64,000 nt of DNA. It comes from an uncultured Planctomycetaceae bacterium (GTDB taxonomy: Bacteria; Planctomycetota; Planctomycetia; Planctomycetales; Planctomycetaceae). The stretch covers positions 864,001-928,000 of the forward strand of contig CAWFAK010000005.1 of the NCBI GenBank assembly GCA_963813715.1, given 5' to 3'. This document shows, in pieces, positions 29,634 to 42,313 of this stretch (within the stretch, counting starts at the first letter, position 1; every line of letters begins with the position of its first letter). The notes below the pieces were generated by a model. The model was not told the DNA's origin, did no database searches, and saw nothing but the letters and a program-made list of their open reading frames with translations. The position numbers were made by a program, and so were the translations under genes.

Positions 29634-31010
29634 ATGCCAAATTTTTCCGATCCTTCGGCGAATTCCGCGATACCCGCCGACCGCCCCGGCTGCGCCGCAA
29701 TCGTTTCGCCCGCTACCCGAAAACGACCCTCTGCGTGACGGTCCTGGTCCTCCTGGGCCTGATCGAGCTGGCCTGCTATCTGATCATTGTCTTCAAGGGG
29801 CATCGGGACCTGCGGTTTCAGTATCCCTATAACCGCATCCTCTCCGGCTACACGGTCTTTCAGAACGTCCCCGGCCATTCGTTCCGCACGAGCGCCATCA
29901 AGGCGGATCCCGCGGAGCCCGATCCGGTGCTCGACGAGCACGGGTTTCTGCACGACGCGCCCGATTACGCGCGAAAAACCGACGGGAACATTTCGCATCT
30001 TTCTCTGGGGGGATCGACCGCCTTCGGGGCCGGCCAGAACATCCGCTACCACTCCGTCCATCCCTACCCGGACGGCCTCTACGCCTATCCCGTCGAGCAT
30101 CGCGGGGCAGCTGCAGACGCTATCTGCAGAGCCACGATCCGGCCCGGCACTACGAGGTGATCAACGCGGCCGGATTCGAGCGGCGGATCCACCAATCGCT
30201 GATTCAGTACCTCCAAACGCTGTCGCAGTTCCATCCCGACTTGATCATCAATCTCGACGGGATGAATGACGTTTACAGCGTGGTGACGGGGACACCGTTC
30301 GAGGATCTCGAACAGCAGATTCCGTTCTACGTCGAGCTGTACCAGGGCCAGCGATCGCTGTTGCGCTACTCGTCGACCTACTACGTGCTCTCGACGGCCT
30401 ATTCCAAGTGGGTCAACCGCCAGCACTCGGCCGAGCCTGCGCCGACGACGGTTGCCCCGCCCTCCGCTGCCTCGGCCGCCGCCACACCGACTGTCGCCGG
30501 CGGCATGACATCGGCCTCACCGGGCGAAAACTCGGGCCGAGTTTTTTACGACAAGTCGAAGCCGCGCTACACCAAAAATGCCGAGCGATTGCTGCAGATT
30601 GTTCGCCAGTATTTTGCGGTGCTCAAAGCCGATCGCACGCCCTCGATGTTCGTGATCCAGCCGCTGCTCAATCGTAACAAAGACGAACAAACATCTTTCC
30701 GACATCGAGCGGAAGCTGGCCGAGGTGATGGTCCCCACCGAGTCGGAGCACGAGCGCGGCCGTCGATCAGTGCGCCCTGTTGCTCGAGTACTTCTTCGAC
30801 GACTTCCTGTCCGCCGCGCTCCGCAAGGCGGCGAAGGAATACGGGGTCGAATACCTCGACCTGAACGCAGAGATCGCCTCGCTGGGACCCGACGTCGAGT
30901 TTTACATCGACTATTGCCACTTGACTCTCGACGGCAACCGCCGCGTGGCGGAGATCCTGGGCAAGGCCATTTTGGCGGCGCAGGCTCGCGGCCAGGGCGG
31001 GCAGCACTAG
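29634..31010 (+). CDS. Membrane-anchored SGNH/GDSL-type hydrolase; several frameshifts
   Basis: N-terminal TM; blocks GGSTAFG, INAA, LDGMND, IDYCHLTLDGN in successive frames. Confidence 0.75.
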
Positions 31011-31026
31011 ACGACCAGCTGACGCG

Positions 31027-32020
31027 TCAGCCGCTCACGTGGACGACGGTGCGGCCGGCGATTTGTCCGGCGAGAATGCGCTGCACGGGCTCGTCCACGT
31101 CTTTGAGTTCGACTTGCTTCGACACCTCCGCTAACCGCGGCGGCTTCCACTCGCCGGCCATCAGTCGCCACAGCTCGAGTCGACGTTCGCGGCGGCACCA
31201 ACCGGTGTCGATCCCCGAGAGCGTGACGCCCCGCAGGATGAACGGAAACACCGTTGTCGCCAGCTCGGGGCCGGCGACGAGGCCGCAGGCCGTCACGCAG
31301 CCGCCGATGTGCGTCGAGCGCAACAGCGTCGCCAGCACGTTGCCGCCCACGGTGTCGACGGCGCCGGCCCAAGCGGCCTTGAGCAGCGGGTTGCCCCCTT
31401 TGACGTCGACATCGCCGCGGCCGATCACGCGCGCGGCTCCCAGCTCCTTCAACCAATCGTGACGATCCGCCTTGCCGGTGACGGCCACGACCGTGTACCC
31501 CAGCTTGCCGAGCATCGACACGGCCAGACAGCCGACGCCGCCGGTCGCGCCGGTGACAACGATCTCTCCCGATTGCGGCGTGATCTCGTGATGCCGGAGC
31601 GCGTCGACGGAGAGGGCCGCGGTGAACCCGGCCGTCCCCAGCTGCATCGACTCGACGAGCGACAAACCCGGCGGCAGCGGAATGACCCATTCGGCGGGCA
31701 CGCGGGCATACTCCGACCAGCCGCCCCAGCGACCCGCCCCCAAGTCGTAACCGGTGACCAAAACTTTCTGGCCTTTCTGAAAGTCGGGCGAGGTCGACTC
31801 GGCCACTTCGCCGGCCGCATCGATGCCGGGGATGTGCGGAAACTTGCGGGCGACGCCCGGCTTGCCCGTCGCGGCCAGGCCGTCTTTGTAGTTGAGCGAT
31901 GAATAGTGCGACGCGGATCAGCACGTCGCCCTCGGGCAGATCCGAGAGGCTGCGTCGGCTGAGCCCGCTTTTGACCTGGTCCTGGTCCTTTTCCACGACG
32001 TAGCAGGTAAAATCACTCAT
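31027..32020 (-). CDS. YhdH/AcuI family NADPH-dependent oxidoreductase (MDR); frameshift at ~31905
   Basis: SSLNYKD, PGIDAAG, GTAGFTA, VTGATGGVG, VDTVGG, PFILRGVTLSGID. Confidence 0.88.
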
Positions 32021-32124
32021 CAGATCCTCGGCTGGCGACGCTCGTCGGTTGCCATTTCTTGAGAACTCAGTGGCCAGACAATCAGTGGCCTGACTGTACC
32101 CAAACCGATCGGGGACGCAAGCAG

Positions 32125-32913
32125 ATGAACGAACAAATTGGCAACGAACAAATTGGCTATCGAGATCGGCCGACGGCGTGGCGCAGATTCGCATCGAGCG
32201 TCCGGAGAAAAAAAACGCGCTCACCGCCGTCATGTACACGGGGCTGGTCGAGGCATTCAAGCGGGCCGAGTCGGACCCGGCGGTCCGCGTGCTGTTGCTC
32301 TGCGGTTCGGACACGTGCTTCACGGCCGGCAACGACCTGCAGGACTTCATGAACACGCCGCCGCGCGACGAGAGCAACCCGACCATTCGCTTCATCAAGC
32401 AACTGCCGGTGACGCGCAAGCCGATCATTGCCGCGGTCGCCGGTCCGGCCGTCGGCATCGGCACGACGATGCTGCTTCACTGCGACCTGGTTTATGCCGA
32501 CCCCAACACGCGGTTTCAGCTCCCCTTCGTCACGCTGGGGCTCTGCCCGGAGGCCGCGTCGAGTTATCTCTTGCCGCAGATCGTCGGCTTCCCGCGGGCC
32601 GCTGAATTGTTGCTGATGGGCGACCCGTTCTCCGCCCAGCAGGCGCTCGAAATGGGAATGATCAGCGGCATCACACCGGCCGGCGAGGTGATCGCGACAA
32701 CCGCTCGCAAAAGCAAAACAGATGGCCGAGCGCCCGGCCGCTTCGCTGCTCTTGACCAAGGCCCTGTTGAAGCGGGCTCACGCGCGGCAGGTGGCCGAGA
32801 TCATGGCCGAAGAGCTGACCCATTTTGGCGAGCGGCTGACGTCGCCGGAGGCGGCCGAGGCGTTTCGCGCGTTCTTCGAGCGGCGCAAGCCCGACTTCTC
32901 GAAGTTCACCTGA
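32125..32913 (+). CDS. Enoyl-CoA hydratase/isomerase; frameshifts at ~32160 and ~32715
   Basis: RPEKKNAL, FTAGNDL, KPIIAAVAGPAVGIG, GLCPEAASS, AFFERRKPDF; perfect 15-bp tandem aacgaacaaattggc at 32128-32157. Confidence 0.88.
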
Positions 32914-32964
32914 TCGCTCGCGCCGGGGAGCGACGTCTGAATCGGAAAGATGTCGCGTGCTCGT

Positions 32965-33343
32965 TCATCCGGCGACTTTCCGGCGTCGGCTTCGGTGCTC
33001 CTTAATCTCCTGGTGGCAGTTGGCCATTCCGAACGCGGCGCCGGCCAACAGCAGCAGCCCCAACACCGTCAAGAAAATGCGGCCTTGCAGGTCGAACGTG
33101 GCGCTGCGAAAGGCCAACAGCGCGCGGGCTCCCAGTCCGGCCAAGAGAACCGAGACGAGCAGCACAGTGCGGAAGAAGGGCATCGCCTTGGCGCCGATGA
33201 TCTCCTCGACCTTCGAATCGACGATCACGAGGCCGATGATGACGCCGATCGTCGCGAAAAATCCGATGACGTGCGAGCGGACCCAACGGCGGGTCTCGGC
33301 GTCGTCTTCGGCGGGCGTTTCGTCGATCGGGTCGCGTGTTCAT
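32965..33343 (-). CDS. Small three-TM membrane protein; probable frameshift near the start
   Basis: Hydrophobic helices in the 32965 frame; ATG 33343 lies in another frame. Confidence 0.55.
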
Positions 33344-33430
33344 TGGAAGCCGTCGTGTCGGAATTTCAGGGCGTGCGAAGATTCATCGTCCTGCGGGGCC
33401 GTTCGCGTGTCAATTGCCGCCGGACCCGTG

Positions 33431-35900
33431 TCAATCCAGGCGTGCGTGCCGCAGCCGCAGGGCGTTGGTGACGACTGAGACCGAGCTCAAGCTCATCGCC
33501 AGGGCAGCAAAGGCCGGCGGCAGCACCAGCCCGAAGACGGGATACAGCGGCGCCGGCCGCGATCGGGATGCCGATCACGTTGTAGACGAACGCCAGAAAC
33601 AGGTTCTGACGCACGTTGTGCATGACCGCGCGGCTCAGCAACAACGCGCGGACGATGCCTTGCAGATCGCCGTGGAGCAGCGTGACGTCGGCCGTTTCGA
33701 TGGCGATGTCGGAGCCGGTGCCCATGGCGATGCCGACGTCGGCCTCCGCCAGAGCCGGGGCGTCGTTCACGCCGTCGCCAGCCATCGCCACGATTTGCCG
33801 CGTCGCGCCGCCCTGCTTGCCGTTCGCGGAGGCGGGCCACTTCGTCGTGCTTTTCCTGGGGGCGGAGGCCGGCCTGGAACTCGTCGATGCCCAACGCCTC
33901 CGCGACGACTCCCGCCGTGGTCGCGTTGTCGCCCGTCAGCATCACGATCTTGAGGCCCAAGCCGTGAAGCGCGTCGATCGCGGCGCGGCTCGACGCGCGG
34001 ATCGGATCAGCGATGGCCAAGAAGCCGATCGTCTGGTCACCCGCGCGCACGAACGTGACTGTCTGCCCCTGCTTGCGTGAGGCTTCCGCTTGATCGAGAA
34101 GCATCTGGGGGATGCTCTGGCCCTCGGCTTCGACGAACCGCCGTTCGCCCAGGCGGACTGGCTGCTTCTCGACGAGTCCGCTGACTCCGCCCCCGGCCGT
34201 CGATTCGAAAGCGTCGGCTGGCGGCGCGGCCAGTTTGCGTTCCTCGGCCGCGGTGACGATGGCGCCGGGACAGCGGGTGTCCGCTCGGTCGGGCGACGGC
34301 CGCGGCCAGACGCAGCACCTCGTCGCGTTCGCTTGCCGGCGATCGGGACAACCTGCGTGACCTTGGGTCGCCCTTCGGTCAGTGTGCCCGTTTTATCGAT
34401 CACCAGCAGCCGAACTTGTTCCATCAACTCCACGACGGCCGCGTTGCGGAACAGCACGCCGCTCCGCGCTCCGCGGCCCACGCCGACGGTGATCGACATC
34501 GGCGTCGCCAGGCCCAGCGCACACGGGCAGGCAATGATCAGCACGGAGACGGCCCGCTCGAGCGCCACGCTCACGCCCGGTCCGGGACCGACGAGCCAGC
34601 CAGATGACGAACGCGAGCGCGGCAATCGCCACGACGGCCGGTACGAAGATGGCCGACACACGATCGGCCAGCTTTTGGATCGGCGCCCGGCTCATCTGGG
34701 CCGACGCAACCAGTCGTGCGATCTGACTGAGGACCGTCTGATCGCCGACGCGCTCGGCCCGCATCACAAACGCGCCCGACTGGTTGATCGTGCCGCCGAT
34801 CACGGCATTGCCCGTCTGCTTGGAGACGGGCATCGATTCGCCGGTAATCATCGATTCGTCGATTGTGGAGAGACCCTCGGCCACCACGCCGTCGACGGGG
34901 ACCTTGTCGCCCGGCCGCACCCGCAGGCGATCGCCCACGGCTACCTGGCTGAGCGGCACTTCGACTTCGCGATCGCCGTCGATCCGCCGCGCGACCGGGC
35001 GGGGCCAGCGCGAATAACTCGCGGATGGCCGCCGTCGTCTGCCCGCGGGCCCGCAGCTCGAGCACCTGACCCAGCAGGACCAACACAGTGATCGTGGCGG
35101 CCGACTCGAAGTAGAGATGCCCGCCCCGATGCCGAGTCTCAGCGTGCCCGTCCGCATGCTCGACCGACGAAACGCCATCGTGCCGTGCGGCGCGATCGTC
35201 TCGCCGATTAACTGATAACAGCTGTAGCCATAGGCCGCCGCCACGCCCATCGCGATCAGCGTGAACATGTTGAGCTGGCGATTGACGACCGAGCGGACGC
35301 CCCGCTCCAGGAAGGGCCAGCCGGCCCAAAAGACGATCGGCGTCGCCAAGCAGGAATTCGAGCCAGTTCGCGGTCGCCGGGCTCAGCCAACGCTCGGTTC
35401 CTCCGCCCACCATCCCCAGCATGTCCCAGAGCGACGAGCGGCACGGCCAGCGCCAGGCCGATCCAAAACCGCCGACTCATGTCGGCCAGTTCGCCGTCAT
35501 CCGCGGCAGTTCGTCCTGCCCGGGAGCGAGCCGCGGGACGAGGGCCATGCCGCAAATCGGACAAAGCCCGGGACCGATCTGCTCGACCCCTTCGTCCATC
35601 GGGCAGTAATAGACGCGCGTGTCCGCGGATCTCGACGAACGGGCTGAGGCGGCAGGGGGCGTGCCGCGCGATGGCCGGGGTGATCGTGCTGGGCGTGATT
35701 GTGGCCCGACTGATCGTGTTCGTGCGACATCGGCGGAGCAGTGCCGCCCACGATGCTCTCGATCGATTCGCCGCGATTCAGCCGATCGCGAAAGTCGCAG
35801 CGGCAATGCTCGCTGCAAAACCAGAACTTCTGTCCCCGTGCTCGACTGTCAGCGGCGACGATTCGTCGACCTGCATGTGACAGATGGGATCAACCGGCAC
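33431..35900 (-). CDS. copA: P1B-1 Cu(I)-type ATPase with YHS, His-rich and CPM metal-binding N-terminus; heavily frameshifted
   Basis: [21 protein letters not shown]…[41 protein letters not shown]; split over about nine ORF-track fragments. Confidence 0.85.
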
Positions 35901-35924
35901 GAGGTCCCCCGTGGTCCTGTTTGG

Positions 35925-36730
35925 CTATTTGAAGTCGATGTCCTCGAGCTGCGGCAGCTCCTCCAGACGCCGTAGGCCGAACAACTGCAGGAAGCGAGGC
36001 GAGGTGCGATAGGCGGCTTCCTTTTCGCGGCCGCCGTCGCCCCGTTCGAGCACGACTAGCTCTCGCTGCAAGCAGCTGCCGCAAGTGAGAGCCGGCGCCC
36101 CGCTTGCCGATCTCCTCGATCGCTTTCCGCGAGATCGGCTGACGGTACGCCACCAACGATAACACTTCGAGCGTCTCCTGCGAGAGTCGCACCTGCCGCG
36201 GCCCGAATCCGTAGACGCCGATTTCGCTCTGGCTCGAACTCGGAGCGGAGGGCGAGACAGTAGCCGCCGTCGACCAGCCGAATTTCGTAAGGGCGGTTCT
36301 GGGCAGTGTACCGGTCACGCAACCGTTCGACGGCCGATTCGATAAACGTCGAATCGAACTCCCCGCGCAGCACGGCACCGATCGCCTTGATCGTCAGCGG
36401 CTTGCCCCCGACGAAGAGCAGCGCCTCGATCACTTGCTCGGGTCCGACCGGAGGCGTTTCACCCTCGGCGCCGGGGCCGAGATTGATTTGTGTCGCTGTT
36501 TCTCCTGTTCCGCTCGCTGGCAACGCGGCGACGGAAATCGAGGATTCGTCGGCCGCCTCGGCTTCGCCCGAACTGGAAAGCGCAGTGCTCACCGCGTTCA
36601 AATCGTTCGCAACGGCGTCGACGGCATCAAGGGCCTGCCGGTAAAGCCGCTCGATTTCGTCGACGCTCCAGCTCGGCTCGGCCGCGTCGCCCGCACCCGT
36701 TTCCAACGACGAATTGTGGGGAGAATTCAT
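35925..36730 (-). CDS. scpB: SMC-Scp complex subunit ScpB; frameshifts
   Basis: IEALLFVGGKP, RLSQETLEVLSLVAYRQPIS, YRTSPRFLQLFGL…ELP. Confidence 0.88.
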
Positions 36731-36888
36731 CGAATTGGCTTCCTTTCCGTCTCTGCAGACTGCCCGCCAAGCGGCAGGGCGGGGATCATCGCCGACGGGG
36801 AAAATGGCTGCAATGCCAGTTGAACCGGGTACGAAAGGAGCCGGCTGGCGGGAGAGGAGCGACTACAAACGGGTGCGCCGATCGCGAG

Positions 36889-37523
36889 TCAGGACTCTTT
36901 GCGGAGGTGCTGCACCCAGGCGGGCGGCAGGTTGAGAAAGACCCAGTCGCGGCGAAATCCGTGCTGCTCGAGCCGTCCGTTCAAGATGCGGTCGAGGTCC
37001 TTGATGCGGGTCCGCTCGGAGCCGCGGGAGATCAGGCCGCGCACCGGCCGCACATACATGTACTCGAAGAACGACAGCACGCCGCCCGGGGCGAGAAAGT
37101 TGAAGAAGGCGTCGAGCACGCGGCCGACAAACGCGGGCGAAAAATTGTTGAACGGCAGCCCCGACACGATGAAATCGTAGGGCAGCTCCGACTGGAACGA
37201 CTCGATGCCGCAGACGTGAATCCGCGCCCGATCGGCGGCTTGCTTGAAGGTCGGCTCGTTTTGAAATCGCTGCTCCAGTCGCTGGGCGAAAGCCTCGTTG
37301 AGCTCGACCATGTCGAGACATCGTCCGCCTTGAGCAGAGTCACGATCCGCCGCGTGACGGCGCCGGTCCCCGGGCCGACCTCCAGAATGCGGGCCGGCCC
37401 GCGATCGGAAGCGATGTGGCGGGTCATCGCACGGGCCAGACGCCGGCTGCTCGGGGCAATGGCGCCGGTCGTCTGGAACTGGGTGCGGAACTGGCGGAGA
37501 AATTCGCGGTGGTCGCGGAGCAT
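36889..37523 (-). CDS. SAM-dependent lipid N-methyltransferase (Sinorhizobium-type PmtA / OlsG-like); frameshift at ~37320
   Basis: GAIAPSSRRLARAM, LEVGPGTGAVT, VELNEAF, IVSGLPF, NLPPAWV. Confidence 0.82.
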
Positions 37524-37607
37524 GCGACCAAATATAGGCGGGGCCGCTCGGCTCGGCCATCGAGCGGGCCGTCGCCCCGCACTCCGGCGAACGCGCCGCG
37601 GTCTGGC

Positions 37608-38650
37608 TTACAGCCCCGAATTCTGCGTGGTCGACTCGGGCTTGCTCGGACTCTCGGTGTCGCCTGCCTTGCTGGCCAACTTGTGCTGGCGGCGGAACCA
37701 AGCCTCGAGTTCGGTCTTGTCGAGGAAGCCGTCGCCGTTGGTGTCGATTTTCGCGAAATTCTTCTTGAGAAACGGCGGGGCTTCCTCCATCGACAGCTTG
37801 CCGTCGCCGTCGGTATCGGCCCGCTTGAGAATCTGCATCAGATTGCGTTCCTGCTTGCCATTCTTGCGGCGGGCCAGCGGAGCGGCCGGGGTGATCGTCG
37901 GTTCCTCGGACGAGGCGACGGCCGGCATCTCGTTCAGCTCTTTGGCGTCGAGGAAGCCGTCGTGATTGCGATCCAACCGGTCAAACAACTCGGCCGCCTT
38001 CGAGAGCTCTTCGCGACTCAAGCGGCCATCGTGATTGGTGTCGAGCAGCTTGGCGAACGCGGGCAGCTGTGACGACGCTTCGGCGGTCTCGTTCTTCTTC
38101 TCGGCCATGGTCCGCGCGAGCCCTTTCTTTTGGGCTTTCTTGCCGGCCTGCTTGCCTCCGCCACCCTGCAGCGCGGATTTGAGATCGTCCAGGGTCAGCT
38201 CGTCCTTGCCGAGCCGATCGAAGAGCGCCTGGATGCGGGGGCGCCCTTTCGCTTCGTCGCGCGTCAGTTTGCCGTCTTTATTTTTGTCGAGAGTGCGAAA
38301 GATTCTGCTGGGGATCGACCTTGGCCCGCGGCGGACCGGAGCCGGCATCGATGCCCGGAGTCTTGCTGATATCGATGCCCGGCGTCTCGTCCTTGCCCAT
38401 TGCCGCGTCGAATTCTTCGCGGCTGAGCTTGCCGTCCTTGTTCGTATCGCCGATCCGCAGCAGCCGCTCGAAGAATTTCTGATGCTCCTGGCGGAATCTC
38501 CGACGCGGTGAGCACGCCGTCTTTGTTCGTGTCGAGCTTCTCGAACAGCGCATCGGGTTTCGTTTCGGTTTCCGCGGGATCTTCGGCTCGCACACCGCTC
38601 ACCAGTCCGGCTGAAACGCAGAGCGCGAAGATCAGGGACAGCTTTTTCAT
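37608..38650 (-). CDS. Secreted multi-EF-hand protein; frameshifts
   Basis: Signal peptide; loops DTNKDGVLT, DTNKDGKLS, DKNKDGKLT, DTNHDGRLS, DRNHDGFLD, DTDGDGKLS, DTNGDGFLD. Confidence 0.88.
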
Positions 38651-38930
38651 GGTCAGATCCCGTCTAAAAGCGCTGCCGCCATCGACCGGCGGATTTTGGT
38701 TCCCCAAGGACAAGCTTACGCCGCGACGCCCGTTTGTCTACGGGGCTCTCGGCGACCTGGCGGTGTCGCCTTCAGGCGACTTCCCGCGGCCCCGTTGCAT
38801 TCAGGCCACTCTCCTGGGCCCCTTTGTCTTTCAACACCAGCCGGAGGCGACGGGTGCCGCGGCATTTATGTATCTGGGCGTTGAATGACCGGAAGCCGCG
38901 CGAATCGAACGGAACGCGCGGCGGAAATGA

Positions 38931-38969
38931 ACGAGGCCCGACTCGCTCGCAGGAGCGGCCGGGCCTCGT
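38931..38969 (-). terminator. Probable intrinsic terminator
   Basis: Stem acgaggcccg / cgggcctcgt downstream of the 39023 stop; weak U-tail. Confidence 0.55.
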
Positions 38970-39022
38970 AACAGTCAGATTGTCATCGGGTTAAGGCGAA
39001 AGCCCCGCCTCTCCGATTGGGA

Positions 39023-40820
39023 TTACGGGGTCTTCGGCGTAAAGCTGACGAAGATCGCCCCGTTGGCGTGCGGAATCCCGTAGCTGCCCGAGGGGGGCAG
39101 GTACTTCTTGATGGCGTCGAATTCCGGAAGCTTCTTGAAGTCGATCCCCTCGATCAGCTTGCCGATGACCGGGATGGCCCCCAGCGACTCGGAAGCCTTG
39201 CCGCTGCGGAACATCTCGTAGATGCCCTTCATCTGGCCGACCTGCTCCTGATACCACTTGATCGAGGTCTCGGCCGGGAAGTTCTCGGCGATCTTCTTGT
39301 ACTTCTCGGCTTCGGCCAGCGGCTTGCGGTCCTTGTCGCCCAGGATGAGCTGCTCGAGGCGCGAAACGTCGTTGGAGAACATCAGGTGGTTCTGGACGAC
39401 CGTCAGCCCCATCTCTTTGTTGGAGTTGCCGAAGCCGGGGATGCCTTCGATCGTGTAGATGATCTCGCCGCGGAAGTCGCGGGTCTTCACCGGGATGCCC
39501 TGCATCTTGGAGACTTTGTCGAGCGCGGCCTTGGCCTTCTTGGCGTCCTTGACGCCCAAGGCGACGAGCAACCGCATGCTCTCCGGATTGTTGGCATCCG
39601 GCGAGTCGGTGCAGACGTCGATCGAGCCGTCGAGGTTGTCCAGGACGTCTTTCTTGATGTGGATCTTCGGGCCGTTGTCGTCGGTGGCCCATTCGTCGAG
39701 CTTCTGGGCAGTGAAGCCCGGACCCATGAACTGGTCGACGACGCCTTCAACTGACGTGAAGGCCTTCTGGATGTCCCAGTTGATGGCGATGTAGGAAGTC
39801 GAATCTTCCTTCACCCACTGAGGCGGAGTTTGCTTCGTCGCCGGGAAGTGAAGGACGCCCAACAGGCCCGACACCGGCTGCTCGACATACACGAGGATGC
39901 GGCTCACCGAGTCGTACTTCTCGGTGTCCATGTGGACGGTGCCCCCGATCGCCTTGAGGTTGTTCAGGCCCAACAGGGGCAGCACGGCCATCGCCATGCC
40001 GATGCTCTGGTCGATGTTTTCCGAAGACTTCACAAACGCCTGCACGAGGTTCACCGGGTTGACGTACCAGGTGAGGACCGACGGCGACGTTTCCAGCTTG
40101 CCCAGGTCGGCGATGGCCTTGTAGGCCGCAACTTCGGCCAGCGTTTCCGCGTGCTTGCCACCCCAGCGGCGGAGAATGTCCTGCATGGCGACCGCGCTCG
40201 ATGAGGCGATCAGCGTGCTGCCCTTGATCGCATAGGCGACCTGCGTGCCGAATTCCGGCTCTTCCGCCTTTTCGCTCTTGTCGTCCTTCTTATCGTCCCC
40301 GTCCGCCTTCGGATGGGAGTAGACGACGAGCTGGGTCCCCTCGAAATCGCGGGAGCTCTTCTTGAAGCCGGCCTTGTCCAGGCCCTCGTCCGTGTGCTTC
40401 AAAATCGTGGCGACCGTGTCGCCGTTCTTGCCGAAATCGATGATGGCGGCAACCGCCAGTTTTTTGGCGTCGGTCGGCAGCAGCACGGCCAGCGAGACTT
40501 CGCCGTCCGGAATGGCAAACGCGTCGGCCAGGCGGACGCCGATGTGCTTTTGCACCTCGTCGCTGATGTCGTTCAGCTTCTTGTGGACTTCCCCCATGAA
40601 GTCGGCCAGCTTGGGCTCCTGGAGGAGCCGGCCGGTGTGCGTTCTTGTTGAAGCGGGTCTTCAACTCGCTGACGTTGGGAATCGTGACATACAGGTACGT
40701 GTTGGGCGGGAGCAGCCGATCGTTCGGCCCTTTCTCCGCCGCGAAGGCCCCGCGGGCGGTCAAGCCCATCGCGAGGGCCAGGCCGGCGATTACGATCCGG
40801 CGGGCTGTCATTGATCTCAT
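39023..40820 (-). CDS. Secreted DUF3352-like protein; frameshift at ~40640
   Basis: Signal peptide (AFA|AEK), LLPPNTYLYVTIPN, GEVSLA, PPQWV, IDFKKLPEFDAIKKYL. Family call tentative. Confidence 0.7.
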
Positions 40821-41197
40821 GGTCGGGTCCAATCTGGATGTTGGAGAGGGAAAATGAGCCTCGAAGTCAGCACACCGTCATCGCCAGCAACCGCGCGGTC
40901 GCCACGGCGGCCTATTTCATACGCCCGGTAACGCGCCCGGGTTTCGCAATTTCGTGCGAATCGAAGCGCAACGTCATCGTGGATCCCGTTTAAGGGATCC
41001 CGAGACCGCCTGAGTTGTAACACCGGCCCGAGACGGGAACAAGTCACCGCCGAGCCGTGTTCAACCGGCATTTCCCCCGTTTTTTCCGCGTTTCCTCGCC
41101 AGTTCTCAAACCAGTGCGCACGGCCCGTGCCCGCGGCAAACAGGCGCCAGCGCGCACGTCCAGCCCAGCCGCACCGGGTGCAGGGGCATTGCCCCTG

Positions 41198-42172
41198 CTA
41201 GGTTTTTGGCGGGGAGGCGGAGTTGTGGCGGCGGGGGGCGTCGAGGTAGCGGTAGCCGGTGTTCGGGTTGTTCTTGTCGAAGGCGAACGAGTCCCGGTTG
41301 GCGAGAAAATGCTTGAGGTAGGAGACCGGGATGGCGAAGCCCAGCCCTTCGCCGAAGTTGGACTTCATATTAGTGACGCCGACGACTTCGCCCCGCGAAT
41401 TGAAGAGCGGTCCGCCGCTGTTGCCCGGATTGATCTGCGTGGTGGTTTGAATGTAGACGAGCCCCTGAAAGCTGCGGTTACGGGTGCTGACGATGCCTCG
41501 CGAGACGGATCGCTCCAGGCCGAGCGGGTTGCCGATGGCGAAGACTTCGTCCCCTTCTTTCTGGTCGTCGCCGTCCGCCAGATAGACCGGCTGAAACCGC
41601 AGGTCTGCCTGCTTGGGGATTTCCAACAGCGCCAGATCGAGGAACGGGTTGAGGGCGATGATCTTCACGTCGTCAATCCGCCGCCGGACGAACTCGCCGT
41701 TCGATCCGCGATGAAACATGGTGACGGCGACCCGCGTTTCGCGTTCGATGACGTGATAGTTGGTAATGCAGTAGCCTCGGGTATTGATGATGAATCCCGA
41801 GCCGAGGCCGGCGGGAGTCGTCACCAGGACCACGCCTTCGCCGTAAGTGGCCGCCAGCTCCTTGACCGTCCGCACGGGAAGCCGCGCTGTGAGATAGCAA
41901 TCGTTCTCGGCTCCGCTGGCGGGCGGCTTGACGTCGCCGCGATGGGTTCGTTTGCTGATCGAGGCCGTGGGCACGCGGAGCACGTCGAAGCCCAGGTCGA
42001 GGAAGAGCGCGTCGGGCTCTTCCTTCAAGACGGGGGCCTCGAATTTCTGTCCGCTCTTCAGCTCGATCAGATCCTTCTGGGCCGGCGGACCCGCCCAGGC
42101 AATCAACAGCAGTGCCAGGCCTTTATGCAACACGCCGCCCGACAACAAACCCCCGCTCAAGATCGCCAACAT
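41198..42172 (-). CDS. S1C trypsin-like serine protease without PDZ domain
   Basis: [34 protein letters not shown]. Confidence 0.9.
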   Translation of the reverse strand: MLAILSGGLLSGGVLHKGLALLLIAWAGPPAQKDLIELKSGQKFEAPVLKEEPDALFLDLGFDVLRVPTASISKRTHRGDVKPPASGAENDCYLTARLPVRTVKELAATYGEGVVLVTTPAGLGSGFIINTRGYCITNYHVIERETRVAVTMFHRGSNGEFVRRRIDDVKIIALNPFLDLALLEIPKQADLRFQPVYLADGDDQKEGDEVFAIGNPLGLERSVSRGIVSTRNRSFQGLVYIQTTTQINPGNSGGPLFNSRGEVVGVTNMKSNFGEGLGFAIPVSYLKHFLANRDSFAFDKNNPNTGYRYLDAPRRHNSASPPKT

Positions 42173-42313
42173 GGCAAATTTCCTTGGGTCGTCATTGACC
42201 CAGGCAGCGCTCCGAAGACTGGACCGTTGCAGTCCGTCGCGGCAATCGACCGCCCTCCGTGACCTCAGTCGAAAATCGTACCCCCGAAATCATACCTTCT
42301 AAATCGCAATCAC

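Noticed and set aside
32128..32157. 15-bp tandem repeat as a phase-variation locus
   Set aside because: Only two copies and in-frame (NEQIG x2); the pairs at ~38345-38378 and ~51228-51246 are similarly trivial.
35925..36730. scpB without adjacent scpA as a novel SMC system
   Set aside because: scpA and scpB are often unlinked; no evidence for a Wadjet/Mks-type cluster.
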